A model generated the notes under the pieces. That model was given only the letters and a program-made list of their open reading frames with translations. It did no database searches and was not told where the DNA came from. A program made the position numbers and the translations under genes. A stretch of DNA of 64,000 nt from Antechinus flavipes. Lineage: Eukaryota. This document shows positions 24,434 to 35,611 of the stretch, one piece after another. Where the stretch lies: NCBI RefSeq assembly GCF_016432865.1, contig NC_067399.1, forward strand, positions 514,042,001 through 514,106,000, read 5' to 3'. Numbering within the stretch: position 1 is the first letter of the stretch; the number at the start of each line of letters is the position of its first letter.

Positions 24434-24677
24434 CCAAACATAGTGGATGTCATGAACAAAAATACAGGAAGGTAGGAAAGGGCAAGAAAATTTGAGGAAA
24501 TGGTGAGGAGTCCAATTTAGTAGGAATATAGAGTATGTGAGGGAACTAAGTGTGAACTGAAAGCAGGAGAAGTGGATTGGAACCAGATTGTGAAATGCAT
24601 TCAATGCTAGACTTAAAGATGTAAATTGAAACTGTGGGAATCAATATGGTCTCCAAAAGAAAACAGCAAAGGAAGAA
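24434..24677 (+). repeat. 244-bp direct duplication, copy 2 (probable source, within L2-like sequence)
   Basis: Continuous with L2-like purine-rich flanks; matches 23446-23689. Confidence 0.95.
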
Positions 24678-26013
24678 TTGTTCTTTGAGTGACAGAAAGG
24701 TGAAAAAGAAGAATTGTGGTAATGGATTTACATAGGGCCTACAATGTGCCAAGCACTGTGTTAAGCACTTTACAAATATTATTTTATTTGATACTCAGAA
24801 CAATTCTGTGAGGTAGATGATATCCCCATTTTACAGTTGAGGAATTTAAGACAAATAGAGGTTTAATGACTTGCTTAGGGTCACATGGCTAATAAGTACG
24901 TGATGATTTAAACTCTGGGTTTTTTCTGACTCTTATCTACTGTGCTGCAGGAAGAGGAACTAATAAGAGAGAAAAACAATGGTCAGGGGTAGGAGAAAAC
25001 TGTAATGAGGTAAGTCAATGGAGAAAAAGCCTCAAGAATCAAGGGCTAATGAATGATGACAAATACAACAGAGATACTGAAATGGATTAAAATAGCTAAG
25101 GAGAGGGTCTTGAAGGCTTTATAGAGACGTTTCTATGACATTAAAGTGTATTCTAATGAATTTTTAAAGGAGTCAATGGTAAAGAAACAGGGGCAGGAAG
25201 TATAGATGACTTATTCAACAATTATGAAAAGGGCAGAAGTTGAAAGTATTTGAAAGAGGCAGGATAATTAAAGTTAAAGAGAATTTTAGAGCAGAAAGTG
25301 ATCCTAGGGATAATATAATCTAGCTTCTTTATTTTACAGTTGAGTAACCCAATCCCAGAGAGGTTTGTTAATGATGGAACCAGTAATAGAGCTCTATTTA
25401 ACAATGTCACTAATTTAAACATGGTTAAAAGCAGAAGAAAATGGATAAACATGGGCTCAAGATTCCTTCAGACATAGAAAGAGATAAGATCTAATGCAAA
25501 GAGAAATTAACTTGTGACTATGAGTGTGACTCATGATGACCATGAGTTCTTCTTCAGATAATGGAGGTAAACAGAAGAGGATGGATTTAGGGGCAAAGAG
25601 ATAGGTTGAGTTGGAATGAGGCAGAAAAAGTTATTCTACACATTTTCTCTTTCTGAAAAAAAAAAAAATATATATATGGATAAAGATGCCTTTCCTCGAT
25701 ATGTATGCTTATTTATATATATATATAACCAGATATTATCTTTTAATGTATCTTCTTGAGTTTTTTCTTCCATATCAGTACAATAAATCTAATTCCTTTT
25801 GTTTTCTATACTAAATTTAAAAGTTTTCTAGTTAATGTCACCTTTCCAATATAAGAAGGAATAGAAATAGGATTTATGATATCAGTGGATTAGGGAATTA
25901 TTGGGGAAAGAACTCCCTCTAGCAATGCAATCTCTACCTCCTACATTTTATCCAGCTAATTTGTTTTTTTTTTTTTAATATTTGTATAGGATCTCTATAT
26001 ATGCATTATAATA

Positions 26014-26092
26014 TTATAAAGTGCTTTGAAAACCTCATAGTGTTATAGCCTATATTTATATAACACTATGAGGTTTTCAAAGCACTTTATAA
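26014..26092. repeat. Perfect inverted repeat, 34-bp arms and 11-nt loop
   Basis: ttataaagtgctttgaaaacctcatagtgttata (26014-26047) is the exact reverse complement of 26059-26092. Confidence 0.97.
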
Positions 26093-27635
26093 ATGTTACT
26101 TCATTTGATTCTAACAGTGACATTCTAACATTCCTCCTCTGTGTGCTAAGTGCTATTATTATTTTATAGATGAGACAACTGAAAAATTAGGTGATTTGCT
26201 CATGGTCACACATGCCACAAATGTCTTAAGGCAGGATTTGAATTCAGGTCTTCCTGACTCCAAGTCCTGTATTCTCTACATTCTGTCCCTTCAGCATACC
26301 TATGTAAGAGTTATTACAACATAGGAGATAGTGCTGGTTTTGGAATGAGAAAGATCCAGATTCAAATCCCACTTCTGACAATTACCTCTTTGACCCTGGG
26401 CAAGTCACAACCTATGCGCTTCAAACAGTTCCCTATTACTCATCTACAGTCACAATGGGTTGCTATCTGCCTGCATTGGCAAGGAGAGCTCCTATACTAG
26501 GAATGGCTCACACTGACAAACTCACCAACCCTCTGTGTGCATGTGTGTGTGTATCTGTGTGTGTGTTTCTGTGTAAGATATTGCCCACTTGTCTATGGAC
26601 ATTTTCATTACTTAGAGGAGCAGAAAAGGCACATTTGTATGAAGAAGGCTGGTAAACAGTAAAGAAACTAATAAAATGTAGACTAGACACAAGTTGTTTT
26701 GAGGACCAGGTACAGTTCCTTCTCAAATGAATGTACTAAGAGGACTTCTTTAAAGGTAGAGCAATGACTGCATTAATAATGGCTGCAAGGATTGTGGTCC
26801 ATTAATTCATTTGCATGTGATTGCTTTTAGGATTTTGAAATTTGTACCTGAGAAACTGTAAATAAGAGAACTTTTTGGGGAGATATGGGAAGATTATATA
26901 GTGACAGAAAGATGGATTTCTTGATTTACCTCATAAAATAATGAGTTACAAAACAATGGAAGATTATGGGAAGCAAAAGAAGATATATGCTAAAGCAGGA
27001 GAGTGAGCTCAAAACAGGGAGAACTACAAGAAGACAAGGACAGAAGACTTAAAAGACTACTAGAGAAACTGCTTCTAACTGAGGAAAGATGACTCTTCAG
27101 TTATTTTGGAGGGAGCTGCTGAAATAGAAACACTGCTAACCTAACTGCTATCCTGATCTGAGGGCGAAATCCAACTGCTGGGTAGATGTTCTGCTTGTTG
27201 CTCTCCAGTGCCATCTAGAGCCTGAGTGGAGAAAACCTTCTCAGGGTACCTGATTGCTCAATATGGCTCTACTCACTGTATGAGGGAGAAATATTAAGGA
27301 AAAAGACAACTTTTGCTTCTGTTTTGCTGTGAGCCACACTTTTTAGAAAGGCTTGACTTTGCTAGAGGCTACTGGTCAAAACAAAATCTTGTGGAACAAA
27401 GAACTAGTTGAGCTTGTCTGCATTGCCCAGTATCAACTTGAGGAACTTTGCAGTTGTCTGACTTATGGGAACTGCTTGTTACTGGCCAAGTTCAATATTG
27501 ATATATCCTTTGATTTTAAAAGTGTTAACACTTTCTCAGCACCCTGCTAAGGGAGATTGTAAGCTAAAAAATTAAATTGTAAAATGATTCATAAGCCTGA
27601 AAGAAGAGTTTCTTTGCTTAGAAAATAATGGGGAC

Positions 27636-27923
27636 AATCTCTATATTTTTGCCTGCCGGCATTTTGGATTTCCTTCACAGGCTAATGGTACAATATTTCA
27701 GAGTCCGATTCTTTTTGTACAGCAAAATAACGGTTTGGTCATGTATACTTATTTTGTATTTAATTTATACTTTAATATATTTAACATCTACTGATCATCC
27801 TGCCATGGGAGTAGGGGGGAGGAAGAAGGGGAAAAATTGGAACAAAAGTTTTGGTGATTGTCAATGCTGTAAAATTATCCATGCATATAACTTGTAAATA
27901 AAAAGCTATTAAAAAAAAAAAAA
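27636..27923 (+). mobile_element. Young 5'-truncated L1 3'UTR with poly(A)
   Basis: Ends aattatccatgcatataacttgtaaataaaaagctatt-A14; TSD core taatggggac at 27626-27635 and 27930-27939. Confidence 0.88.
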
Positions 27924-28599
27924 AGAATGTAATGGGGACCAGAAAGGCGCAATTTGTAGAAGTGGTTTTGTATGGCACACATGGTTCCTGAAGGGATAAA
28001 AGTAAACAAAAGCTGAAGTCCAGAATTAAAGATGTCCCAGGCATGAGTTTCCCTATTCATATGTCCCCCTCCTAAGTTTCTAAGTTTATACACATTTCTT
28101 CTGCAGAACTTGTACGCATAGATGGGACATTTTAAATAAAGTTCATGTATGTTGTGATATTTTGATTATTCCTTTTTTGCCTTCTGAATAACCATGATGT
28201 CTATTACTGCCTTTGTCTTCAACTGAATAAATGTTATTGTTTTTGCCTTTTAGTTTAGTAAATGTTTTATGTTTGAGTCAATGTTATTAGTGTATAAATA
28301 GTACACTAATAGAAACTTAGGAGCTAGTGTTAGATATAGGAGTGAATTCCCCACTCTTTCAAAAACACATAATTTAGTCATAGTCACATGACCATTTTGA
28401 GAGGGGATCAGCCAGGCCATCTCTCCATTCTGTAAAAATATCATACATCTGCTAATGCAAGGGCAGGTTAGAGTACATGAGAAAGCATTTTTTTAATGCC
28501 ACATTTGACATGGATGCTGATTGCAGAGAAACAATGGATATGCTTAGGATATTTATGTGTATGTGTGTGTGTGTGTGTGTGTATTTATTTAGGTATAAG

Positions 28600-29050
28600 G
28601 AACTAGGGGGTATGATCGATAGAGCAGTGGACCTGGAGTAAATAAGATTTGAGTTTAAAGCTTACTTCACAAATTTAGTAGTTGTGTAAATTTTATCAGG
28701 TCACTTAACCTCTCTCACCCTCAATTTTCTCATCTGTAAAATGGAAATAATAATACCAATCTCATCTACCTGTGAGGAAAAACTGAGATAATATATGTCA
28801 AGTCCCTTGAAAACCTTAGTTCGGTTTTTAGTCATATGGGAAGCTTTATGACTGGGGTTTTCTTAGCAAAAATACTGTCACTGGGATGATTTGTCATTTC
28901 CTTTTCTAGCTCATTTTACAGATGAGAAATTAAGGCAAACAAGTTTAAGTGACTTGCTGAGGGTCACACAACTATAAGTGTGTAAGGTCAGATTTGAATT
29001 TAGATATCTTCCTGACTCCAGGAGAGGTACTTTGTCCACTGTGCTACCTA
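28600..29050. mobile_element. Two adjacent CORE SINEs in opposite orientation (MIR plus; Mar/RTE-tailed SINE minus)
   Basis: cctcaattttctcatctgtaaaatgg core, then ggggttttcttagcaaaaatactg...ctcattttacagatgagaaattaaggc. Confidence 0.65.
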
Positions 29051-30779
29051 GCTGCTATTATTAATGTATATACATATATGTTCATGCATGAGTATGTGTG
29101 TATATAAAACTTATGACATATGACTTGTTTTAGGTAAAGCTATTGTAGCCTAGTCAAGTCACCCACACTTTGTCATCCATGGTGTGTTTTGTAAGACTAG
29201 TTATTGAGACAAAGTCTGGATCCCTTAGTTAACATTTAAAATGTTCATTTCTGTACTCATTGATTTTATAATTTAAGAATAATAATTCTAAGATATACTT
29301 TGTTTTAAAAAAAAAAGTGCATTAAGAAAACTAATCACCCTGAAATCATATTTGTCTTTAGCTTAAAAGCAATGGAAAAGATCTCCATCTACTATAATAC
29401 TTTACATCTGCACAGCATTTTACAATTTTCAAGACATTTCTATATAAATTGACCCCAACTTGATACTAACAACTCTGTTAAGAAGGTGAGGTAGGTATTA
29501 TTTTTCTTCTTTTATAGATGAAGAAACTGAGATTAATTTCCAAATTAATAAAATCAGGAAAGTATAATCAGGACTGAAGGACTTCTCTTATTTCAATTAT
29601 TTTTCCAACCTATGAACTTCACATAGTTCCCTAAATATAGATAGTATTTTTTTAAAAAATCTGGATATGTGATTTCATCAGTGTAGTGAACTCTCTATAG
29701 GAGACTCCCTTCACAGAGGAGCCTTAGCAAGTCAATATATTTTTCAATATTTTATTTTTATATTTTCTCATAAACACTATTTTAGATAAAAGGAAAAACA
29801 AAAATTCATCTTTTTTAGGTGGTTCAGGGTATAACTGCCCCTAACCTTAACTATCCTTTTCCACCAGTCACATGTTTTGTATTAGAACTAAATATATCAC
29901 ATTCTTGGCAGCTCCCTCACTTTTTTCCCCATTTTGAGTCTGCATTTTCTGCACGAATGATTTCACCTCCAAACTATGAAAAATAAAAAGTTTTCAGGCC
30001 ATGATAATATATCTCAGGTCCTTTAGTCATTCAGGGTCAAGATGGCAATGGACTTTCTTAAATGTACTGAGAACATTTATACCTCAAGCCTTATTAAAAT
30101 AAGCAAATAGGCATTTGAGTCTACAGACTTTTTTTGAGCTCCTGCTGCTGTTCCATTTACAGGTGCAAAATGACTCAATAGATTACATTAAGACAGCTCA
30201 AAGGGCATTTTCTATTAGAATCGAGATGCTAACACCACAGGCAGATGACCAAATATCGTTCTATAATAACTTTATCCAGTGTACAGATGCTTAAGAATGA
30301 TTTTTCTTCTCTTTTTCTATGCTCAGTATTTAGCACAGTGCTGGCACGTAGTAAGCATTTAATAAATATTTATGGATTGAAATTATTGAAAAAAGTATTT
30401 GGGATTAGGAAAAAGAAAGAAAATTTAGGAAACTTGGAGAGATGGGATAGAAGGGGGGAACAGAAACAGAGAGACGAGATAGAATTGCGGTTTTGACTTG
30501 AGTTTTTTTTTTTTTTAAGCATATTTAACTATAATAAAATATTGGGCTCACTTCAATACAAGACTATTTTCTCCCCACTCCGCCAAAAAAGGAAAAATCA
30601 GGATTTGCTAAAAGTACAGTGATTCAGGATTCACTTAATTTGGTTTAAGAATTTTCTACCGATGTGCCTTTTTGGGGTTAATTATAAAAACTGAAACGCT
30701 AGTTCCTGGAACGTAGCGCAGAATACCAGAGTCCCTAGGGGATACGCTGTAAGTGTTCGAAGATTAAATATTAGTCATT

Positions 30780-31600
30780 TGACTGTGGCGAGCCCGGAGG
30801 CACCTCCGGGGATGAGGAGGGACGGGCACGACGTAAGCCCTTCCAGGAAGATCTGGCCCGGAGCCGGAGGGTCTAGAGATCCCATAACGGCTAGACACGG
30901 GGACGGCGGACAGAACCGTCAGGGCCGTGGGTCAACGGATCCCTCGCCTGGGTCAAGCCGCGGCTAAAAGCCTCATTTTCAGCGCCGGCCGCAAGGGATT
31001 CGGGGCCCGCTCCCGTTCCCTCAGTGTTCCACGGCGTGTGCCGGGGAAAGCTGTGCGCGCACACGAACTCAAGCGCGCGCCGGCTGCCTAGGAGAAGGGC
31101 TCTGGGCCCGCGCGCGCCAGTAACTGCTGCCGCCGGCGGCGGCGGCTCGTGTACCTAGGCGCGCACACGGGAAAGCCCCTCCTTTTGTTTCCCGCTGGTT
31201 GGCGGTTAGGGAAAGGGGGCGAGGGAGAGGGAAAGGAAGGAGGCAGGAAGGTATTCAATTGGCTGCAATTCGCAGTCACTCAACAGGCCAGGGAGGGGAG
31301 AGGGCCTCTTCAGGGAGGGATGCGACGACTGTGGCTTTTTCATGGCCGCCCGGCGCCATCTTGAATCGGAGTGTTTGTTTACACGCTTCTGTTCTCAGTA
31401 ACTCCCCAGACAAGGGGGAGGAGGGTAGTGGTTGGAGAATACCATTAATAATTCCTGGCGGAATGCAGTGAGATAATTTGGGTCCCTATACGGAAGCGAT
31501 CGCGCAGCTCCCTAATAATTCCCGAACAAAGAGGCGAGCCTCCCCGAGAGCACAAAGAGCTCTCTGGGCACCGCAGGGGTCCCCTGGCAGAATCAGTTCG
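30780..31600 (-). promoter_or_regulatory. C14orf93: CpG-island promoter, probable main C14orf93 TSS region
   Basis: Dense CpG and GCC runs; YY1 motif CGCCATCTT at 31354-31362 (AAGATGGCG on minus); first island upstream of the coding exons. Exon 1 boundaries not resolved. Confidence 0.75.
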
Positions 31601-33989
31601 ACTTCGGGCTAGAAAACCTTTGGTAAAGAAGCCCCGGTGGAATGTTCTAGTTGTCTAGAAGGAAGGCCGAGGCCAGCCCTCTGACTGAGCACTCAAGGGA
31701 CAGGCTGCAAATGCCCGTCTGTGCAGAGCCCTCCTTTCTTACATCTCCCTTCTGCCAAGCCCTGGCAAAGCTAATGTCAGACCTGGGTTTAATGTGGTGA
31801 GCTGACATGCCATGCTGAGGCCAGGGAGAGAAGGAATTAGAGACACGTGTAACCAAGTCCTTTTAATTTCCACTACAAAAGAGATCCCAAGAGTGATGAC
31901 AGTAATGATTAGAGCCACAGGCAGAGGGGCTCTCCAAGACATTCAGGCCCAAGCTGACCTGCACTGATCTGCTTTTCAAATACTATTCAGGCATGCATGT
32001 GATGTGAGCAATGTCAAAGAAGCCATTTTTTAAAAAATGCTGATTTGCCCCAGGAGGATATGGGAAAATGAAGTTTGGGAAAAGTCATACAGGTCAAATT
32101 CCATCATAAATCCTAAGGGCTTGTCCAGATTCTTGGAGGTTCTCCTTAAATTTAGTTGTATTAAACATTAATGAGGCCATTAGTGTGGTCTTGGAAATCT
32201 TTTTTCCTTGTGATGAGATCTGACCTGTATATCTGCTTTTGCCTACCGGCTTTCCTGAAATTGTGACATTTCAATTTTCTTTTCATCACCCAGAAGATAC
32301 ATAGTATCTCTTCTCAGGCATGTGAATTCTCTAATTCAGGAGGTGTTTTTAACTGCTTAACTAGGAACAGTGGCAGTTTTTTGCATAAAAGCACTTATTC
32401 CCTCTTAGTTCTAACACAGTGATGTGGATAAGGCTCTTGTGATACCTAGAAGGCTGTGCACATTTTCCATATTGCCAATATAACTCTGATTTGCTAGTCC
32501 CTCCTTCCCAAATTCACATATTTCTCATTGGGGATATTCAACATAGGAAGAATTTTCATTCCAAAAATGTGACACCATAACTAAAATACATTTCTCACCC
32601 TTCCCATTATGTTGCCTTGGTTCTTTCTATCCATATGAGAAATTTTTGAAAATTGGACCTGCCTGGATTATTTTCCTGAAACTTTGCCAAATGCAGAGCC
32701 TTTCAAACTAAATTCCAATCTATAAACGACCATTTTGTCAAATCACCCAGAGAGTATTTCTGTTCATAACACACCAACTAAACCACACATAAAGGCCAAA
32801 ATATGCACAGCTGTACATTTCAAAGAAAGAAATGATAAAAGGAAAAAAAATTTTTTTTCTTAAGGCAAAACAGTTCTTTAAAGAAGGTTTTGAACCATAG
32901 ATTCGATTGCTTGATTACTACAATTGAATCACTGGTAATCTTCCCTTTCCCCCAATTATTTACTTACTAATCAAATCCTTTAGAAAATGGAAAGAAAAGA
33001 CACAACATTCACATGAAAACAACATATTCACAGAAGGGTCTTTGTATATGAAACATACAATTTCTTAGCATACTTGCCTACTGAAATCCTGTTATGGTTA
33101 TACTTGGGATCATCACAACATGGACAATTGTGTATCCCTAAAGCCAATCTGTACACAGAAACCCAAAAGATGGACACTTCTGAAAATAAAATATTCCCCA
33201 TGTAGCACATATACACAGACTGAACATATATATACACAAGTACACATAACCTTAAAATGTTATTGCTCCAAAAAAATCCACAGAGAAACAAATGTTCTAA
33301 AGAAAACACAAATGCAGCACTCCCATTCTAAGAAGCAATTACCTCACCTTTTCCCAAGGGATAAAGGAAAGGTACCTCTCTTATGATATAAAAATATTAC
33401 AGTATTTTAAACCAGTTGACTTTGGACAATTCCCACTTAATTTTGCTGCTAGGGGACTGGGGAGTGTGTTAAGATGCACACCAATCAGCTTTGGAAATTA
33501 GGGAACTTCACATCTCTGCATTTGACTTCACCTGGGATGGAAACAGATAATTTTCCGTAGACTATATATATATATATAATATTACATATGTTATATATGT
33601 AATATTATATATAGATAGATGCATATACACTTCAACTGAATTTTTGTCTTCCCTTTAACCAGGAAAAAAAAAAATCCTCAACCTTAAGGTGTGATAATTT
33701 AAGAGGAAAAAATGCCTCCAAATTTGACTGCAAGCAGTTGTACACGGTAGTCCTGTTTCTCTCAACTTACTGGTATATTTAAAACCTCCACCAGGAAAGA
33801 GAAGAAAGGATAAGAGAGAGGAAAAGAGAGAAAGAGAAATGGGGAGAAGAGCAAATTCCCCCTAACAACAAGTTCCTCACCCCAGCATTGTAAAAACTTT
33901 CTATTTTTTTTCTTTTAATTTTGAATACACACACACAAGATTAAGGAGGGGAAAAAATGGAAAAAGGATACCCGAAGGTCGTATGGCTC

Positions 33990-34250
33990 TTTGTATTCGT
34001 GTGTGTGCAAAAAGGAGGACTCGCAGAGCGCAGAGCCAGCAAGCCCCGCCTCACTCCGCCCCCTCTGCAGAGCCCCGATTGGATGGCGGGGCTGCGAGCC
34101 GGGGATCTCGGCCCGCGAGCACACGCACCAGCCGGGAGGGGCTTTCCCGAAGAGGGCTCCTTTAGGGGCCGTCCCAGGCTGCGCGCTGGCTGGCCCTGCC
34201 CCCTGCTGCACCGCCCCTCTTTACTCTCTGGACTCGGATATCCCCCCACC
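33990..34250 (-). promoter_or_regulatory. Small CpG island with GC boxes and CCAAT: candidate alternative promoter
   Basis: ccccgcc 34044-34050, tccgccccc 34055-34063, attgg 34078-34082; minus-strand donor GGG|gtgagg at 33881/33880. Confidence 0.55.
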
Positions 34251-34758
34251 TCCTGAAATCCATTCCCCTTTCCCCTTTAATTCTCTCACCTTAAAACAAA
34301 AACAAAACAGAAAAAACTTTTCTATTTTTCTTCATTAAAAGTAACCAGGCCTCCTCAGTCACCACTAATCAACTGGAGCATTTCTATTGCCAAAACACCC
34401 TAAATTGGTTGACTGGTCAAATAGTTATGGCCAGATATTGAGTGGGAAGACCTGATGCATGTTCATATTTATTATTGGTTGGATTGCGTGATTCTGAGTC
34501 ATCTCTCTGCTATAACATTTTAAATTACAAAATGGAGATGATGTACTTGATCATGTTTCTTATCTAAATAGGCAATGTTGCAAACTCCTCAGATGTAATG
34601 ACGGGAAGAACGTTCATGAACTTCTCTCACAATCTTTGATGGGTCCGTTCTCAGACTTCCCCACTCCTCACAATGGCTGTATCTTCTATTAAAATAAATC
34701 CAAATATGCAAGTTTGGCTATGATTTGACCTGACCCTATCCAGTTTAATTTCCTAATA

Positions 34759-35611
34759 CTAACATACCTTAGATATATTACAGATATGTTTCCAGACTGA
34801 AGAATTGATTCCAGAATAGAGCAAATAATTGAATAAAGTGAGTCACAAATTTTTTTGTTTCCCAGTGCCTATAAAAATTTTGTTTAACTTGTAAATAAAA
34901 AGCAATTTAAAAAATTTTAAAAAGGAAAAAAAAATTTGTTTACATCATAGTGTAGTCTATTAAGTGTACAATAGTATCATATCTAAAAAATATATACCTT
35001 AATTTAAAAAACACTTTATTGTTAAAAAATGCTAATCACCATCTGAGCCTTCAGAGAATCATAATCTTTTTTGCTAGTGAAAGGTCTTGCCTCATTGTTA
35101 ACTGTTGCTCACGGGTCAGAATGGTGATAGCTGAAGATAGGTTATGGTCGCCATGACAATTTGTTAAAATAAGACAACAATGAAATTTGCCATATGGATT
35201 GACTCTCCCTTTCATTTGAACTCTTAAGGGCTACTGTAGGTTTATTAATTGCCCAATTTCAATATTGTTATGTCTCAGGAAATAAGGAAGCCTGAAGAGG
35301 AGAGAAACAGGAAAACAGCCTTTAATAGAAGAGTCTGAACACACATTTATTGATTAGGTTCATTGTCTTATATGGGTACAATTTGTGGTATCCCAAAACA
35401 TTTTACAATAATAGCAACAAAAGTAACTGATCATAAATCACTATAATAGGTATAAAGACAAAAAAGTTTGCAATATTGTAGGAATTACCAAAATGTGACA
35501 TACAGTATGAGCTCATACTGTAGAAAAAATAGCACAGATAGATTTGATCACAAACCTTCAATTTATAAAAATGTAATATTGGTGAAAGCCCAATAAAACA
35601 AGGAATACCTA
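34759..35611 (-). mobile_element. Internally deleted Tigger1 derivative (Tigger1a_Mars-like, TcMar-Tigger)
   Basis: Both Tigger1 ends recognisable (cccagtgc...gtagtctattaagtgt; cacaaaccttcaattt...aataaaac); degenerate TIRs flanked by TA at 34757-34758 and 35612-35613. Confidence 0.85.

Noticed and set aside
33562-33615. AT-rich inverted repeat with 17-bp arms
   Set aside because: Arises trivially from (TA)n low-complexity sequence.
34580-34670. Possible C/D-box snoRNA (GTGAGGA...CTGA on minus)
   Set aside because: Imperfect C box, no terminal stem, no match to snoRNAs I can recall.
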